Assembly: GCA_964291415.2 (NCBI GenBank) | Contig: OZ219920.1 | Location: forward strand, 384,001-448,000 | DNA from: Alphaproteobacteria bacterium | GTDB lineage: Bacteria > Pseudomonadota > Alphaproteobacteria > SP197 | Direction of reading: 5' to 3' | Length of the DNA: 64,000 nucleotides | Shown here: one piece after another, positions 60,877-64,000 of the stretch | Layout: every line of letters begins with the position of its first letter | Position numbering within the stretch: the stretch's first letter is position 1 | Notes under the pieces: model-generated | What the model saw: the letters and a program-made list of their open reading frames with translations, nothing else | Told to the model about the DNA's origin: nothing | The model's database searches: none | Made by a program: the position numbers and the translations under genes

Positions 60877-61325
60877 CGCGCGCTCGCCTTCGAACGCTGC
60901 CGCAGGATGCGCAGCCAGGACGACCGCTGAAACAGGCGGTGATCGCTGGCCGGCAGGAGGGCGATGGTGCCGCCCCCCATGTTGCGGTCTCCTTCAACGG
61001 CCTTCACCCAGACACAGGTCATGTCGGGCAGGACCTCGCAGGCGCCGTCGGCGCGCACGCCGCCACAGGGTCCGTTCAGCACGTTCTTCGGGCAGTTGCG
61101 GGGACACGACATGCCGGTCGACGAGAGCACGCAGGCGCCGCACATGCGGCAGTCGAAAAGGGTTCCCTTGATCTTTCGCTCGACGGCGGCGACCGGCCGT
61201 TCGAGGCGTTCGTGGCCGATGAGGCGCACCAGGGGCGCGATGGCAACGATCAGATGCTCGAAGACGACATAGAGACGCGCGAGGCCATGCGCATGGCGAA
61301 CCGACCAGTCTCTCATGGAGCGCAT
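60873..61325 (-). CDS. MTHFR C-terminal/MetV-like Cys-rich protein
   Basis: CRMCGAC...CPRNCPK...GPCGG...CEV...CVW. Confidence 0.85.
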   Translation of the reverse strand: MRSMRDWSVRHAHGLARLYVVFEHLIVAIAPLVRLIGHERLERPVAAVERKIKGTLFDCRMCGACVLSSTGMSCPRNCPKNVLNGPCGGVRADGACEVLPDMTCVWVKAVEGDRNMGGGTIALLPASDHRLFQRSSWLRILRQRSKASAR

Positions 61326-61353
61326 GGAGGGACGCCTCCCGCCAGCCTTCGGA

Positions 61354-62268
61354 TCAGCCGCGGATCCGGTAGTCGGTCAGGGTCCGGGCGATCGCCTTCT
61401 CGCCCCTTGGAGCCATCAGGTGGGCGCCGGCGATGCCCCTGATCTCCCTGAACTGCTCGATGAGTTCGGCGCACACCTTGCGTCCTTCCTCCTTCTCGTC
61501 CGCCGCACCCTCGATCCGGCGGATGACATGGTCGGGCACGTGCACGCCAAACAGGTTGGCGTCCATCCAGCGGGCCGAGCGGGCCGACATGATCGGCCCG
61601 ACGCCGACGATGAACCGTGCCTTGCGGGTGATTCCGTGATCGTCGAGCGCCGCCATGTAGCGGCGGAGAACGTCGATGTCGTAGGCAAACTGGGTCTGGA
61701 AGAAATCCACGCCGGCGGCGATCTTGGCATCGAGGCCGTCGGTGTTGAATCCGGCGCCGGGATCGCGGGGGGTGTCGGCAGCGCCGATCAGCAGGCCCGG
61801 AGGCGGATCGATGGCCCGGCCCGACGGCAGGCATCCCTCGTCGCGCAGCTGCCGCGCCATGGAGATGAGGCCGCGGCTGTCGGTGTCCTCCACCGCCTTC
61901 GCCTCGGGCTGATCGCCCTTGGTGATGCTGTCGCCGTGGAGGCACAGGATCGAGGGAACGCCGAGGGCCGCCGCACCGATCATGTCGCCCTGGATGGCGA
62001 GGCGGTTGCGGTCGCGAACCGTGAACTGCAGCACCGGCTCGATGCCGTTCGCCGCCAGGATCGCCGCGCAGGGCAGGGCGGACATGTGGGTCCTGGCTCC
62101 GGCGCCGTCCGTCACGTTGACGGCATCGACGAGGCCCTTGAGACAGCCCGTGCGCTCCATGACCGCATCACGGGTGGCGGCATCGGGCGGCGTGGTCTCC
62201 GCGGTGATGACGAAGTCGCCTGCGGCGAGGCGCGCCTCGAGCTGTCCGGGTGATTTCATGATCGGCAC
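61354..62268 (-). CDS. Second methylenetetrahydrofolate reductase paralog
   Basis: FVITAETTPP, NVTDGAGA, RDRNRLAIQGD, KIAAGVDFFQTQ. Confidence 0.88.
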   Translation of the reverse strand: MPIMKSPGQLEARLAAGDFVITAETTPPDAATRDAVMERTGCLKGLVDAVNVTDGAGARTHMSALPCAAILAANGIEPVLQFTVRDRNRLAIQGDMIGAAALGVPSILCLHGDSITKGDQPEAKAVEDTDSRGLISMARQLRDEGCLPSGRAIDPPPGLLIGAADTPRDPGAGFNTDGLDAKIAAGVDFFQTQFAYDIDVLRRYMAALDDHGITRKARFIVGVGPIMSARSARWMDANLFGVHVPDHVIRRIEGAADEKEEGRKVCAELIEQFREIRGIAGAHLMAPRGEKAIARTLTDYRIRG

Positions 62269-62274
62269 CGTCTT

Positions 62275-62577
62275 TCAGGGTTCGCGGCCGCCGGCCCGGA
62301 CATGGGCCGCCAGCACGTCTGGTGTGAATGTCGCTTCGAGGCGCGCCACCGCTTCGTCGGCCGCCGTCGCGAGATCGTCGCCACAGACGACCGGCGACGA
62401 GCGGCGCCAGTGCTCGAGATAGGCGTCCGAGCCGTGGAGCCCGGCATGCATGGCGGCCTGGTCGATCGCCTTCTCGAAGCGGGTCGAGAGCACGCGCCTC
62501 TCGGAGCGGCGGCCGGCCTTGGCGATCACCTGGGCGGGGATGTCGCGCCAGTAGACAACGGTCAGCGTCGCCGCCAT
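62275..62577 (-). CDS. Small conserved protein of the 'virulence factor' family, found in methyl-transfer clusters
   Basis: VYWRDIPAQV, RFEKAIDQAAM, YLEHWR. Confidence 0.82.
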   Translation of the reverse strand: MAATLTVVYWRDIPAQVIAKAGRRSERRVLSTRFEKAIDQAAMHAGLHGSDAYLEHWRRSSPVVCGDDLATAADEAVARLEATFTPDVLAAHVRAGGREP

Positions 62578-63190
62578 CACTGTTCTCCCGCCGCCTGCTG
62601 CGCCTCGGCCAGCAGGGTCTGAAGAGCGCCGTATCCCACGTGACGCATGTCGAACTCCAGGCCCAGACGCGCCGCCGCGGCCCTTGCCCTCTCTTCGAGG
62701 TCGGGATCCGGCGCCTGGGCCAGCCACACCAGCCGGCGGTAGTTGCCGAAGTAGACGGGCTCGAGTTCCGGGTGACGGTCGATGCCCAGTCCCTTGATGA
62801 TCAGGGTGTTGAAATGACGCACCAGGTAGTCGGTGAGATAGAAGGTGCCGGGCTCCTCGTCGTGGAGGGCCTCGAAGACGTCCCTGCCGGCGAAGAACTG
62901 GTAGCAGTGGGGCCCACCGATCCTCGCCACACCCTCGTCTTCCAGCACCTCATCGAGGGCGCCGCCGGTGCCGCAGTCTGCGTAGGCGACAAAGATGTGC
63001 TCGAAATCGCCTCGTGCCTCGCGGATCTTGCGGCGTACGCCTTCGGGAATCAGCGAGGGCCGGTTGTGCCAGTCGGCCGGCAGGCACTGGACTTCGATCG
63101 CGTCCCAGCCATGGGCGCGCACAAGGGTCATGATGTCGTGGGCCAGCGCGCCACAGGCGATGACGAGACTGCGCCCGTGATCGGTCGCGC

Positions 63191-63194
<4 letters not shown>
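62577..63194 (-). CDS. DUF1638 protein
   Basis: LVIACGALA upstream of the called ORF; HNRP, YADCGTGG, GPHCY, FYLTDYL; start approximate. Confidence 0.85.
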
Positions 63195-63898
<704 letters not shown>

Positions 63899-64000
63899 CA
63901 GCCTGCTCCCATCAGTCGATCTCCAAGGGCACACGTATGACCATCATATTCCCGTGTGTAGTGTGTTCGCGACTCCGGTTGTCGCAAAAGCGACACATTC

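Overview
High-GC alphaproteobacterial DNA. Calx-beta/autotransporter, ASPIC-UnbV/haloperoxidase and sterol methyltransferase genes suggest a marine or sponge-associated lineage, but that is inference. Core genes are cimA-trmJ-rpsD, typA, grxD-bolA-purLQSC, purB and a split cobalamin/folate methyl-transfer cluster. They frame two accessory regions. Region 1 (~3-30 kb) holds a MalT-like LuxR regulator, a peptide ABC importer lacking its ATPase, IS/recombinase/relaxase debris and TA genes. Its centre is an apparently undescribed export locus: a small secreted 8-Cys protein, a PAS-fused MacA-type adaptor, split MacB permease and ATPase, TolC, DsbA, a tandem-STAS protein, an FG-GAP/vanadium haloperoxidase fusion and a Calx-beta autotransporter. 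The locus also contains a hidden, decayed second copy of the Cys-rich gene with a conserved promoter, and an operator-like motif shared with the LuxR control region. Region 2 (~32.7-50 kb) holds a Pot-type ABC importer with a Rieske oxygenase, a PrdB-like selenoprotein split by an in-frame UGA, soxYZ-cytochrome c-soxF-yeeE, and a sterol C24-methyltransferase homolog preceded by a sterol Rieske oxygenase remnant. PurC has lost several normally conserved active-site residues. All calls come from reading motifs by eye; no database searches were run.
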